Below are positions 63,644 to 64,000 of a stretch of DNA of 64,000 bases, one piece after another. This DNA is from Paraspadella gotoi (Eukaryota > Animalia > Chaetognatha): assembly GCA_051294375.1 (NCBI GenBank), contig CM119269.1, forward strand, positions 11,204,883 to 11,268,882, given 5' to 3'. Under the pieces are notes generated by a model. That model was not told the origin of the DNA. It saw only the letters and a list, made by a program, of their open reading frames with translations, and did not search any database. The position numbers and the translations under genes were made by a program. Each line of letters begins with the position of its first letter. The first letter of the stretch is position 1.

Positions 63644-64000
63644 CTTAAGAAAAATATTTAAGTGGATATACTTAGTTTGTCCTTATCAAAGTTCAACTGA
63701 ATAAGTTAAAAATAATAAGAGAATAATAAGAGCAAACATGGTCAGATTAACCCACGACAATTAAGTGCTAATTAATTAATCTAAAATAAATTAAATGTTA
63801 AACTATGAAATTGGTACAACCAATATAATATATTATAAACTATCACAGCTTCAAGAATTATTATTATCATCATCATCATTACCATTGAATCACGAGTTTT
63901 GGCGTTTAAAACTGAGGGGGGAAGGACAGACATTTAGAAAATTTGAAGTTCTAACACGTTTTGAGTAACAAAATAATAGGGGTGGACCGACGGACCGACA

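Overview
AT-rich eukaryotic genomic DNA, most likely an invertebrate animal: it has GT-AG introns, dense (AG)n and (GTC)n microsatellites and five N gaps. No prokaryotic features, rRNA, true tRNA or CRISPR array were seen. Genes I can support: (1) a GT31-family beta-1,3-galactosyltransferase-like gene with catalytic exons at 9503-9907 and 10091-10341 on +. Its matching upstream stem exon (the AIRxTW motif region, splice-phase compatible) appears on the MINUS strand at 1081-1474, inside the 834-bp loop of a long inverted repeat (arms about 0.9 kb). This is the most unusual structure in the window: invertible exon, trans-splicing, an off-window paralogue or misassembly are all still open. (2) A 5-exon, 1286-aa uncharacterised protein at 19571-24005 (+). 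(3) Isolated candidate exons at 11613-11896 and 59365-59567, and a decayed AT-hook/Cys-cluster relic near 62.8-63.6 kb. Mobile DNA includes a TRIM-like mini LTR element (2 full copies plus a solo LTR) with apparently non-canonical TA...CA ends, a 3.35-kb non-autonomous hAT element with an 8-bp TSD, Tc1/mariner MITEs and relics, HINE/DINE-like elements, a tRNA-derived SINE and a degenerate hammerhead-like motif. Two tandem duplications that flank 25-N gaps are probably gap-filling artefacts, and sequence quality in 1-9424 looks poor. All calls were made by eye, without database searches.
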